Part shown: positions 16,776 to 24,976 of the stretch, one piece after another
Position numbering within the stretch: the stretch's first letter is position 1
Layout of the letters: each line of letters begins with the position of its first letter
Source: a virus
Virus record (IMG/VR): IMGVR_UViG_3300009963_000014
Coordinates: 1-42,286 of that record
Length of the DNA: 42,286 nt
Reading direction: 5' to 3' (one strand)
Translations under genes and position numbers: made by a program
The notes under the pieces: model-generated
What the model was told of the DNA's origin: nothing
The model's input: only the letters and a program-made list of their open reading frames with translations
Database searches by the model: none

Positions 16776-18326
16776 CTATTTTCCCTTTTTGTAAAGCGTC
16801 AACATATTTTTTTCATTCTTTTTAACTTGACGAATCCCCACCTTGTTAAAGTGAATGACTAGCATTTCATCTCGTGGCACCATCACCGCTTCCATAATGA
16901 CCTTATCTTTGTTAGGTATTTTTACATATGAAATAATTGATTTTTCAACCCTCTCTGAATTATCTAGAATCAAATAAGGTTTTTGAACTGCCTCTTTTAT
17001 TAACATAAACTCATCTAAGGAATACTGTTGTCCATGTCTCACTAATGAAGTAGCTAAACTGCTAACATCTATATAAGCAGAACTTACTCCTATCAATTTG
17101 GTTATATCACTCGAAAAATTACCTAATTCATATTCAGATTCTAGCAAGTCTACAAGTTGTTCTTTCGATAATCCACCCCTCCCAATTTCATCCCATGCGT
17201 TACTAACATCAGAAAACAATTTTGGGGTATTATATCTTGAAACGGTTTTGTCACTTTTCTTATAATCTTGTATTTCATTTTTTACATCTTTCGCAACATA
17301 CTTGTTATACCACTCTTTATAAGTCATATCAGCAGGTACTAGCTCGGTCTTACCTGTTACTGGATTCCTTGCTCTGCGCTTCAACTTGCTGTAGTCTACG
17401 TCCTCATCGTATCCGACAGTAGTAGACCTACACCAAGGGTGCATAGGCGGACAATTGACACCAGGGACAGCCTTATCCCTATCATAGACCTGATTGTCAT
17501 GTTCCTGACAGATGCGTGATGTACGCTTGTCTAAGACGGCCACAAAGATATACTTTTCTATGTCTGCTTCTTCATAGCTAAGTAGTTCCATTTGGTTGTG
17601 AAAAAAGGCTGATTCCGTCCGGACCAAACGCCTAGCATCATTCTGACCTACATTGAACCGCTCAGCAATTGCTTGTGCAGTTTCTCGTGTTCCTCGTCCT
17701 GTCATGAGGCTCATAAGTAGTTCATCTTTTATGCTTGATGTAAGCTTCCCTGTATTCTTCCAGATGTCTGTAGAGTAGGTTCTTCCATCTCCTAACCAAC
17801 TAAAAGACTGTAGATGTTTTATCTCGCTCTCAGGAAGCCCAGAAAAGCCATATGCCAGCCCTGTCTGCTGTTGCAGGTCAAAGGTAGCCTTGTAGTAGCT
17901 ATCCTTCATCAGGTCGCTATAAAAGGCATCTGAGCCTGTCTTCTCTGAATGATAGATAGATTCACGCATACGGTCTAAATCGTCGCTCAAACGTTCTAGG
18001 CGCTTCATACGGAAAGAATAAGCTGGACTATCTAAGTCAGCCAGCAACCTTTGGATATTCGGGTCATTCGGTCTCGCTTCAAGCACCTTACGAAGTTCAT
18101 TCAAGTCTTTCTTGTCTTTCATGTTCTTCAAGACTTGTCTAGCATCTACCTGACTTAAACCATAATCACGCTGGAATCTATCGAAAATCTTATTGATTTC
18201 CTTATCCAAGTAAGTCTTAGCTTCTTGATAGACCTTATCGAACTGGTCTGCCTGCTTTTCGGCCTTGTCCATCTGTTGGTAAATCAGATTGGCTTTCCTC
18301 TTCGCCCAGTACTCCTGATTCTTCAT
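16776..18326 (-). CDS. Minor head protein, SPP1 gp7/MuF family, with about 210-aa C-terminal extension ending in a PBECR-like nuclease-type domain
   Basis: 516 aa, located after the portal. MuF-type core ends near PMHPWCRSTTVGY. The C-terminus ...SLVRHGQQYSLDEFMLIKEAVQKPYLILD...TLYKKGK resembles phage Barnase-EndoU-ColicinE5/D-RelE-like (PBECR) modules. Confidence 0.8.
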   Translation of the reverse strand: MKNQEYWAKRKANLIYQQMDKAEKQADQFDKVYQEAKTYLDKEINKIFDRFQRDYGLSQVDARQVLKNMKDKKDLNELRKVLEARPNDPNIQRLLADLDSPAYSFRMKRLERLSDDLDRMRESIYHSEKTGSDAFYSDLMKDSYYKATFDLQQQTGLAYGFSGLPESEIKHLQSFSWLGDGRTYSTDIWKNTGKLTSSIKDELLMSLMTGRGTRETAQAIAERFNVGQNDARRLVRTESAFFHNQMELLSYEEADIEKYIFVAVLDKRTSRICQEHDNQVYDRDKAVPGVNCPPMHPWCRSTTVGYDEDVDYSKLKRRARNPVTGKTELVPADMTYKEWYNKYVAKDVKNEIQDYKKSDKTVSRYNTPKLFSDVSNAWDEIGRGGLSKEQLVDLLESEYELGNFSSDITKLIGVSSAYIDVSSLATSLVRHGQQYSLDEFMLIKEAVQKPYLILDNSERVEKSIISYVKIPNKDKVIMEAVMVPRDEMLVIHFNKVGIRQVKKNEKNMLTLYKKGK

Positions 18327-19704
18327 CCTCTACCTCGTCTTCGGGTTTCGTGTTGTCTTGGTTAAACACTGGCATGCGTTCCATGTTCTTCTCTTTCTCC
18401 TCTTCCAAGGCTTCCAGTTCAGCGTCAGGATCTTCCACAAACGGCAAGAGTGAAATAAGCTGTCTATTGGTCACTTTGCCTTCCAAGTTGTTCACAATCT
18501 GAGAGATTTCCAGTAAGTTCTTAGGTAAACCGCGGCTAAACTGCGGAACGATTGAATGAGACTCTAGTGCAATCTGCTTCATGCCTAGGTAATGAGCAAA
18601 AATCGCAATCCGCTGTCTTAATCCACGCTTGTAGTTCGCTTCCTTGGTTTTAGTAATCATCTCAAGGCCCATCAGCTTGAATTCCATGGCTACGCCCGAT
18701 GTGTTCCCTGCGAAATTCTCATCAGTCAAGTTAGGCACATGGCTGAATGTGTAGATATCCTCCTTCAAAGCCGTACGCAAGATTTCAGTAGCACTTTCGT
18801 CCAGCGTGTTCTTCAAGAACTCCGCTCTTGCACTATCGCCGGGTAACTCCAAAAGACCTTCTTCAGAAAGAATCTTCATCGCTACCTTAGCATCTTCTGG
18901 CGTGTCTGCTAACTGCGTACCATACAAGACAAGGATAGACTCTACTGCCTGCTCCTTGTCATTGACTCGGTTACCCATCAAGGAATTATAGGCATCAATC
19001 AAACTGATCTGTTGCTCGTAGTCGCCAATCGCAAAATGATTATTGCGATACTCGATAATCGGGATTTGACCAAGGTTATGAGGTGTTGCCTCTTCAATCT
19101 GAGATGTCCCTGAATCTGTACTTCTCAGCACCATATGATAATGCAGATTCTCAGTAAAGACTTCTGCCTGGTACTTAGTAGTATCTTTCGTATCATCTTT
19201 GACCTGGTAGTAATAGACCGCAAATAAAGGCTTCCGCTCAATACTATCATCATAGACCATGAAAGTATTCTCTGGGTCAATACTAGTTGAGTCCAACTCA
19301 GTCACTCCCTCTTTGGCATAGATGTACTCATAAGCGCGACCATAGATGGCCATGTTCAAAGCGTTCTGCGCATCTACTTGGTCAATCTCAGCACCGTCAA
19401 AGGCTGTAAGTAGTTCATCAATATCACCTTCGGCAGTATTGTTGTACTTGATAGGATTGCCCATAAAATAGCCTGTAGCCGTGTCTGCGATATCCTTGGC
19501 ATGATTGGCTACTGTCTTGTAATTGGGTGCGTTCTCGTTGCGTCTCTTGTGATTTAAGATAGCATGCTCACCCAAGTAGTAGCTTTTAAGTTTCTTCAAA
19601 CGTGAGCCTTCAGTGCTATGTTTCGTTATCAATTTGTAAATCAGATCTTTCTTCAAAGAACCCTCATCATATCCATCTCGTGGATAAGTTAAATATTGGT
19701 ACAT
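18235..19704 (-). CDS. Portal protein (SPP1 Gp6-like)
   Basis: 489 aa, immediately after terL, with an acidic C-terminus. Confidence 0.9.
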   Translation of the reverse strand: MYQYLTYPRDGYDEGSLKKDLIYKLITKHSTEGSRLKKLKSYYLGEHAILNHKRRNENAPNYKTVANHAKDIADTATGYFMGNPIKYNNTAEGDIDELLTAFDGAEIDQVDAQNALNMAIYGRAYEYIYAKEGVTELDSTSIDPENTFMVYDDSIERKPLFAVYYYQVKDDTKDTTKYQAEVFTENLHYHMVLRSTDSGTSQIEEATPHNLGQIPIIEYRNNHFAIGDYEQQISLIDAYNSLMGNRVNDKEQAVESILVLYGTQLADTPEDAKVAMKILSEEGLLELPGDSARAEFLKNTLDESATEILRTALKEDIYTFSHVPNLTDENFAGNTSGVAMEFKLMGLEMITKTKEANYKRGLRQRIAIFAHYLGMKQIALESHSIVPQFSRGLPKNLLEISQIVNNLEGKVTNRQLISLLPFVEDPDAELEALEEEKEKNMERMPVFNQDNTKPEDEVEDEESGVLGEEESQSDLPTDGQGRKAGRPVR

Positions 19705-19715
19705 GTCTTTCCTCT

Positions 19716-20939
19716 CTATAGACCATAATCAGAACGTCTGCGGACGGTTGCTTTTGGTTGAGAATGTTGCGAATAAATCGCATAACGCACCGCATCTAGC
19801 ACGTCGTCATTCTCTTTAACTGGCTCGCCTGTCTTTTCATTCCAGATGTACTGATAGACTTCATCTTTAAACTTGCTGACCTTGTTCGAAACAACAAAAA
19901 AGCGCCCAGCTTTCATCAGCTTAGCTACTTCTTCAATACCAGACAATACCGCTTTATTAGCGTTGAATGTCCTCAACTGCTCTCTTTGAAATCTTGCAAC
20001 GTGTTCAGGTCGTGCGCTATCTGCCCAGAACGTAATATTCCCGTATCGTTCCTTGATATTCTTAGCGAGGTCTACCCAAAAGTCTATCTCTTTGTACTGA
20101 TGTGCATGTTCCTCTAACAGATAAACCGAACCGTCAGATGCTTCTCCAATAACAACGATTGAGCCAAAGTGTTCATAACCCCAGTCAACTCCTGCGTATA
20201 CTTTGGTAATATCTTCTGGTACGTTATCTACAAACATATTCTCGCTAAAATCACGATAGACAACCCCTTCGCCAGTTACCCACAAACCAAGGATGTCTCT
20301 GTCGTAAAAAACACCAGCTGGCGTAGCATTTTTGATATTCTCACGGTATCTATCAGACATGAATGTATTATCATCTAGCTTGAAATGAAAGTCTATGATC
20401 ATATCATCCCCAGAGTTGATATAATCCCGTCTGAGCCAGTGTGTAGGAATGTCTGGGTTACTATCCCAAACAATACGTGCGCCCTCTCCTGAACAACGTG
20501 AGATAATTTCTTTAAACACCTGTTCATTAGCAAGGGACGCCTCGTTTACATAAGCTCCAAATGCAGTAAAACCACGGGCTCGCTTCAAACCTGAAATCGA
20601 ACCAGTATAGACCTGAACCACCTTAACACCACAAAGGGTAAAAGCTCCATGCTTATCGTATTTAGGTTCAATATCAAACATGTTATACAATTCCTGAATG
20701 ATATTATTTTGTATCGATGTCGAAGATGTCCCAGCTAAGATATACATCGGCTCATCTATGTTTAATCTATCCGCTGTTTCTCTCACTCGTGCAATCTCAT
20801 TCATGAAGACCATGTTGTTTAAAACAGTTTTACCTGAACGTTTTGCACCGTGAAGCCCACAAATAAAGAAATCATCGTTCAATACTCGTGTAAGCACTTC
20901 TTCTTGTCGTTTTGTAAATTTATTTGTCGTCAAAAGCAC
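19716..20939 (-). CDS. terL: Terminase large subunit (PBSX/Terminase_3-like)
   Basis: 407 aa. Walker A-like GLHGAKRSGKT. Position between terS and the portal. Confidence 0.9.
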   Translation of the reverse strand: MLLTTNKFTKRQEEVLTRVLNDDFFICGLHGAKRSGKTVLNNMVFMNEIARVRETADRLNIDEPMYILAGTSSTSIQNNIIQELYNMFDIEPKYDKHGAFTLCGVKVVQVYTGSISGLKRARGFTAFGAYVNEASLANEQVFKEIISRCSGEGARIVWDSNPDIPTHWLRRDYINSGDDMIIDFHFKLDDNTFMSDRYRENIKNATPAGVFYDRDILGLWVTGEGVVYRDFSENMFVDNVPEDITKVYAGVDWGYEHFGSIVVIGEASDGSVYLLEEHAHQYKEIDFWVDLAKNIKERYGNITFWADSARPEHVARFQREQLRTFNANKAVLSGIEEVAKLMKAGRFFVVSNKVSKFKDEVYQYIWNEKTGEPVKENDDVLDAVRYAIYSQHSQPKATVRRRSDYGL

Positions 20940-21414
20940 CTCTCAAAGCCTTAGCAAATTCTATCAGCTTATCGTCTTGTTCATTATCCACACCGATTTG
21001 TGATTTGAGTTTTTCGATTTCAAGTTCTAGCTTTTCAGCTTGTTTAGCAGTCGGATAACGCTTTAATATCTCAGCTATCGCTTTAATAACTGTGTTATTG
21101 TCTGCTTTTTTTGTAACTCTATCAACTTCTCCAGTGACAGGGTTCATCATCAAAACCTCTTCAAGTCGCTTGCCTCTTGCAATGTCCGAGAGAATTGAAA
21201 GAGCCTCTTTAGCGCTCAAAATGTTTTCATCATGCATCTTTTCAGTTTCGGTTTGTATAAACGTTTTAATGCTTGCATTTTCTAGCAATTTACTAGCTGT
21301 TGTCTTAGCATACGCTTCACTATAACCTGCGAATATTGCGGATTGATAGACATTTCCAGTCCTCAAATACTCGCTCGCAAACATCTTTTGTCTTTGATTT
21401 AACCCAATGTCCAT
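20920..21414 (-). CDS. terS: Terminase small subunit
   Basis: ORF-track 20920-21447. The ATG at 21414 (MDIGLNQRQKMFASEYL...) has AAAGGTGGTG upstream. N-terminal HTH typical of Terminase_2. Confidence 0.85.
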   Translation of the reverse strand: MDIGLNQRQKMFASEYLRTGNVYQSAIFAGYSEAYAKTTASKLLENASIKTFIQTETEKMHDENILSAKEALSILSDIARGKRLEEVLMMNPVTGEVDRVTKKADNNTVIKAIAEILKRYPTAKQAEKLELEIEKLKSQIGVDNEQDDKLIEFAKALRGAFDDK

Positions 21415-21501
21415 CACCACCTTTTTAATAATCAAAAAAAGCCACACGATGTGCGACCTTTCTGCAAGACGACTACAACCTTGCGTGTTAATTACGTTAG
21501 A

Positions 21502-21630
21502 TTATTTATAAACAACAATATACGTCAGTTTATTCTTAATCATTACAGGTTCTTTGATACACAACAATTCTTTTACAGTTTTCGCAAATTGTTTTGCATC
21601 TTCCAATTTATTAAACATTGCTTGCTTCAT
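21502..21630 (-). CDS. Possible 42-aa ORF upstream of terS
   Basis: Not in the ORF track. ATG at 21630 with GAGG upstream. Encodes MKQAMFNKLEDAKQFAKTVKELLCIKEPVMIKNKLTYIVVYK. Confidence 0.35.
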   Translation of the reverse strand: MKQAMFNKLEDAKQFAKTVKELLCIKEPVMIKNKLTYIVVYK

Positions 21631-21663
21631 TTTAAATACCTCGTTGCAAAATATAATATAAAC

Positions 21664-21736
21664 GGCGATGCCCGGAATCGAACCGAAAAGTTTGAAAATA
21701 CATTGGAGAGAAAATCACTTTACGCCTGTCATCGCC
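21664..21736 (-). other. tRNA-sized, tRNA-derived element: 7-bp acceptor stem plus canonical T arm, but no D or anticodon arm
   Basis: Minus strand reads GGCGATG...TTCGG-TTCGATT-CCGGG-CATCGCC and is 73 nt. The central 40 nt cannot be folded into D or anticodon arms by eye. Confidence 0.4.
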
Positions 21737-21846
21737 AAAACGAGGCCGAAACCTCGGAAATAAAATGAAAAAATAAAGGAGATGTCAAATAACCTATCAC
21801 TTGACAATACTATTTTATCATGTAAAATAAGCCATTTCCTAGCAAT

Positions 21847-22293
21847 TTACTTGCAAATATCTCCCAAAAATTTACGAAAGACAATCAACTTACCTTTTCG
21901 ATAGGCTTCCGCAAATTCCAAAGCACCTCTGCTAAGCATGCGGTAGAACTCGCTCTCAGAATAGCCTAAATCCATATAGATAGCCTTGTCTGATAATTGG
22001 ATTTTCATATCCATGTACTTCTTTGCTATAACCTGCCGAACGTATGGATCCATAATGCAGTTGACTGCTCTCTCAATCTCCAAAACCTCTGCCTCTGCAT
22101 CCACATGTTCGATAACCATATTCTCGGTAGCTGTGTTCTTACCAGTAAATGTCTTTGGCTCAAATGAGTAGGTCGTTGTGATTTTAGGTAAATACTCAGC
22201 GCCTGCCATTCGGACATACGAACGATAGCTCTCTAGAACATCATAGACATTTTTCTTGGTGAATTGCACGTCAACCTTTTTTAATAACCTCAC
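21847..22293 (-). CDS. arpU: ArpU-family late transcriptional regulator
   Basis: 148 aa. GTG start with AGGAG 7 nt upstream. Position just upstream of terS. Sequence resembles ArpU/RinA-class regulators. Confidence 0.8.
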   Translation of the reverse strand: MRLLKKVDVQFTKKNVYDVLESYRSYVRMAGAEYLPKITTTYSFEPKTFTGKNTATENMVIEHVDAEAEVLEIERAVNCIMDPYVRQVIAKKYMDMKIQLSDKAIYMDLGYSESEFYRMLSRGALEFAEAYRKGKLIVFRKFLGDICK

Positions 22294-22323
22294 AACATAG
22301 CTCCTTTATGATATAATATTTTT

Positions 22324-22365
22324 ATTGGGTATATCACAAAGGAGTCAGCTGTGCTGGCTTTTTTT
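22324..22365 (+). ncRNA. Candidate ~40-nt cis-antisense RNA opposite the arpU leader
   Basis: TGaTATAAT at 22309-22317, then hairpin gucagc-ugu-gcuggc (22344-22358; its G-U pair forms only on the plus strand) plus U7. Confidence 0.35.
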
Positions 22366-22393
22366 ATTTTATTCTTTATTCGTGATCACACTT

Positions 22394-22558
22394 TTAAATT
22401 ATTTTCCCATCAAAAACTAATGTTATTGTACCTGTACCATCTTTGTGCTTAGAGACTAAAGCACGACAATCTGAGCCCAATTCAACGCCCTCAATTGTGA
22501 TACTGCGCTTTATCCTGTCAACATTGATGATTGTTCCCATTGATGTTTTAATTCTCAT
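22394..22558 (-). CDS. Hypothetical 54-aa protein
   Basis: Not in the ORF track. ATG at 22558 with GGAG upstream. Encodes MRIKTSMGTIINVDRIKRSITIEGVELG.... Confidence 0.5.
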   Translation of the reverse strand: MRIKTSMGTIINVDRIKRSITIEGVELGSDCRALVSKHKDGTGTITLVFDGKII

Positions 22559-22573
22559 GTTCCATCTCCTCGT

Positions 22574-23005
22574 TCATTCCTTATCCTCCAAAAGTTCAAG
22601 GTTTTCATAGATGTTGCCAAGTACTTCATTTTCATCAATTTCAGACCACAAATTCACTGCGTCACTGCCAGTATCAATAACCCAAGATCCTTCAAGAACC
22701 TTTACAACTCCTAAATAATCTTTCTCATATTCATAGAAACCGCCAATTTCGTCAGCTCTACCCAAAAATCTAGTAGTTCGTACAATGTCCCCCTCAAAAA
22801 TCTCCTTGCCGTTCTTGTCAACCAATCCTGTTGATTGCATGAGTTCGATTTCGTCAAGCTTCACTAACCCACCATATATATTCCCATTATATATATTTCT
22901 ACGGAAAGATAGATGAAATATTTCTCCTGATTTTTTGTAACGAATAAAGGTTATCCGACCCATTTCTTCCCACGTCTTGTGCCACGCTCTATATCTTGGT
23001 GTCAT
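22574..23005 (-). CDS. YopX-family protein
   Basis: 143 aa. YRAW...STGLVDKNGKEIFEGDIV motif is typical of YopX. Confidence 0.75.
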   Translation of the reverse strand: MTPRYRAWHKTWEEMGRITFIRYKKSGEIFHLSFRRNIYNGNIYGGLVKLDEIELMQSTGLVDKNGKEIFEGDIVRTTRFLGRADEIGGFYEYEKDYLGVVKVLEGSWVIDTGSDAVNLWSEIDENEVLGNIYENLELLEDKE

Positions 23006-23016
23006 GTTAAATCCTC

Positions 23017-23439
23017 CTAAGCATTAACAACTGGAAAATGAATATCACCAATCACTAAAGAGCCTACGCTGTAATAATAGCCACTATGCTCTGCTTCACA
23101 ATTGGCAATAGCTACAGGGTTCTGATTATGGAAGATAGTTACTTTGTTTTTATAACCAGTTCCCCAATGGTCGGGGATTTCTTCCGGTTCTCCAATTTCA
23201 ACATTAGTAATCACAGCGTCAAGTGATACATCTTGGAACTCCCCACCTGCTGAGGCACAGCAATCATTTTCAGACATTTCAATAGTGACCTTTGTGCCGT
23301 CTTCAAGCAGCAAAAAGTCCTTATCCCATTTCACAATACGCTTAAAGAGCAACAATTCTTTAAGCTCTTCCAACGACCCGTACCTTGCATTTTTCCAATC
23401 AGGCGCATAATAGTCTGGTAGTTTAATAGTTTCTGTCAT
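23017..23439 (-). CDS. Hypothetical protein
   Basis: 140-aa ORF in operon context. Confidence 0.7.
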   Translation of the reverse strand: MTETIKLPDYYAPDWKNARYGSLEELKELLLFKRIVKWDKDFLLLEDGTKVTIEMSENDCCASAGGEFQDVSLDAVITNVEIGEPEEIPDHWGTGYKNKVTIFHNQNPVAIANCEAEHSGYYYSVGSLVIGDIHFPVVNA

Positions 23440-23696
23440 AGTAACACCTCATCCCCAATTTTCACCTTGTCATACACGTCCTTCGTAACTACGAAAATCC
23501 CATAATCTCTAATAGTCACTGTATACAACTTGCCATGCCGTCCTTTCTCGACGACCTTTCCGAATATCTCAGCGCCTGCGTTATCTGCCTTATAGATAAC
23601 CAGCGGCTTATTCTTTTCTAGTTCTGCAATTCTGTCCGACTGCCAGATGTTCAATCCAGCAGATAGCAGAATCCAGATAGCGATAAAACGTTTCAA
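23436..23696 (-). CDS. Hypothetical protein with N-terminal signal/TM segment
   Basis: 86 aa. TTG start after AAGGAGGTCACAAA. N-terminus MKRFIAIWILLSAGLNIW. Confidence 0.65.
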   Translation of the reverse strand: MKRFIAIWILLSAGLNIWQSDRIAELEKNKPLVIYKADNAGAEIFGKVVEKGRHGKLYTVTIRDYGIFVVTKDVYDKVKIGDEVLL

Positions 23697-23845
23697 TTTG
23701 TGACCTCCTTGTCCTTAATTTCTCCAGTAAGTCTATTTTCTAAAATATGACTTGTATAGCAAATATCGTTTTTATATGTATAGTGATTAACAGTTTCTTC
23801 AGCCCATTGACTTCGTGTGTAAGGGTATCGTTCTGGTCGCTTCAA
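23693..23845 (-). CDS. Hypothetical 50-aa protein (TTG start)
   Basis: Not in the ORF track. AAGGAGGTCACAGA-TTG. Start and stop overlap the neighbours (ATTGA junctions). Confidence 0.5.
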   Translation of the reverse strand: MKRPERYPYTRSQWAEETVNHYTYKNDICYTSHILENRLTGEIKDKEVTN

Positions 23846-24006
23846 TCTGTGACCTCCTTTTCAATCGTGATAGTAAAATCATGATCATTTATATTTAAAG
23901 GCAAAACTGCCCCTGCTTTTGAGTCGTTTTTTAGCAAATCCAAGACAATCTCTAAAACTTGCTTACCTAAAATCAATTGTGTCTCTAAAATGTTTTGCTC
24001 ATCCAT
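23842..24006 (-). CDS. Hypothetical 54-aa protein
   Basis: Not in the ORF track. ATG at 24006 preceded by AAGGAGGTGGAGTG. Encodes MDEQNILETQLILGKQVLEIV.... Confidence 0.5.
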   Translation of the reverse strand: MDEQNILETQLILGKQVLEIVLDLLKNDSKAGAVLPLNINDHDFTITIEKEVTD

Positions 24007-24018
24007 CACTCCACCTCC

Positions 24019-24183
24019 TTAAAGCGCCCAGCCATTTTTGGACTTATTTCTTTTGAATATAGGATTCTTCTTTTCTTTTTTCTTCTGCTTGTGATATTCA
24101 CTGTCTTTATTGAAGATAATATCTTCATCTTCAATCAGCTCAGGAATGAAGTATTCAGACGTGTATCGTTCAGGCTGTTTCAT
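24019..24183 (-). CDS. Hypothetical 54-aa lysine-rich protein
   Basis: Not in the ORF track. ATG at 24183 preceded by GAGGTGGTAAT. Encodes MKQPERYTSEYFIPELIEDED.... Confidence 0.5.
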   Translation of the reverse strand: MKQPERYTSEYFIPELIEDEDIIFNKDSEYHKQKKKEKKNPIFKRNKSKNGWAL

Positions 24184-24184
24184 A

Positions 24185-24523
24185 TTACCACCTCATATAT
24201 AAATATTTCGTGTCAATATCTTGTTCTAAAATACACTCTTTCAACGACTTTAAAACCTTCAATGCACCGCTAACTGTTCCCCATCTATTTTCAGGTTCAT
24301 ACTGCACATACTTTTCAGGGTACAGTTCTAATTCAGAGATACCGCGTTGGATATTATCTAAAATGTCAGCAATGTTGTACGTAGTGTCTTGGTCAAAATC
24401 CCAATCCATAGCAATTCTAAACATTTTCCCAAGATTGTAAGTCGGAGAACTATATCTAGGTTCAGCAATACAAATATAATCTCCACTCTCTATTTTCGCT
24501 AAGATTTCCAAATCATAACTCAT
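24185..24523 (-). CDS. Hypothetical protein
   Basis: 112-aa ORF. Confidence 0.7.
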   Translation of the reverse strand: MSYDLEILAKIESGDYICIAEPRYSSPTYNLGKMFRIAMDWDFDQDTTYNIADILDNIQRGISELELYPEKYVQYEPENRWGTVSGALKVLKSLKECILEQDIDTKYLYMRW

Positions 24524-24675
24524 CCTTCCAGCTCCTCCATCTTTATTTTATACATTCGATCACCTCGATACTTGCTCTCGAGCTGAGCCTTGCATTTTGC
24601 AGCATCACCTTCTTTCTTAAAAAAGTGGGTTTCATCTACCATGTTGTCAAAATATAGTGTTACTGTGTATGACAT
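24520..24675 (-). CDS. Hypothetical 51-aa protein
   Basis: Not in the ORF track. ATG at 24675 after GAGGTAAAA. ATGA overlap with the next gene. Confidence 0.5.
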   Translation of the reverse strand: MSYTVTLYFDNMVDETHFFKKEGDAAKCKAQLESKYRGDRMYKIKMEELEG

Positions 24676-24696
24676 TTTTACCTCTTTTTTCTAAAC

Positions 24697-24976
24697 TGCT
24701 ACCGTGCTACCGATAAATTCTAAAAAGTAAAAAGTTTTTTTCAAGAATCCCTATTTTATAGACTTTCTTTATTATTACTATTATTTTATATACTTTTTTT
24801 AAAAATATAGGTAGAAGAGTAGCATTATATATAAATATTAAATAAAAGTCAGTAATATCAAGGGGTTAGACTGCTACCGATGTGCTACCGATGTCTCATT
24901 TTATCGGTAGAATGCTACCGTTCTATACCCTCAACTGCTACCGATGACTACCGATAAATTTTTAATTGCTACCGAT
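24697..24976. repeat. Iteron-type replication origin (9 direct and 1 inverted copy of TGCTACCGAT flanking a ~155-bp AT-rich spacer)
   Basis: Direct copies at 24697, 24705, 24872, 24883, 24913, 24936, 24946 and 24967, with an inverted copy at 24903. Lies immediately downstream of the primase-helicase gene. Confidence 0.7.

Noticed and set aside
21664-21736. Functional tRNA gene
   Set aside because: Only the acceptor and T arms can be drawn. No anticodon or D arm could be formed in any register I tried, so it is reported only as a tRNA-like element.
21451-21768. 105-aa plus-strand ORF in the arpU-terS intergenic region
   Set aside because: It has no RBS, crosses the tRNA-like element and hairpins, and has AT-rich low-complexity coding.
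24697-24976. Short repeated units that could be mistaken for a CRISPR array
   Set aside because: The repeats are only ~10 bp, irregularly spaced and partly abutting, and one is inverted. They flank an AT-rich block next to replication genes. This is iteron/ori architecture, not repeat-spacer.
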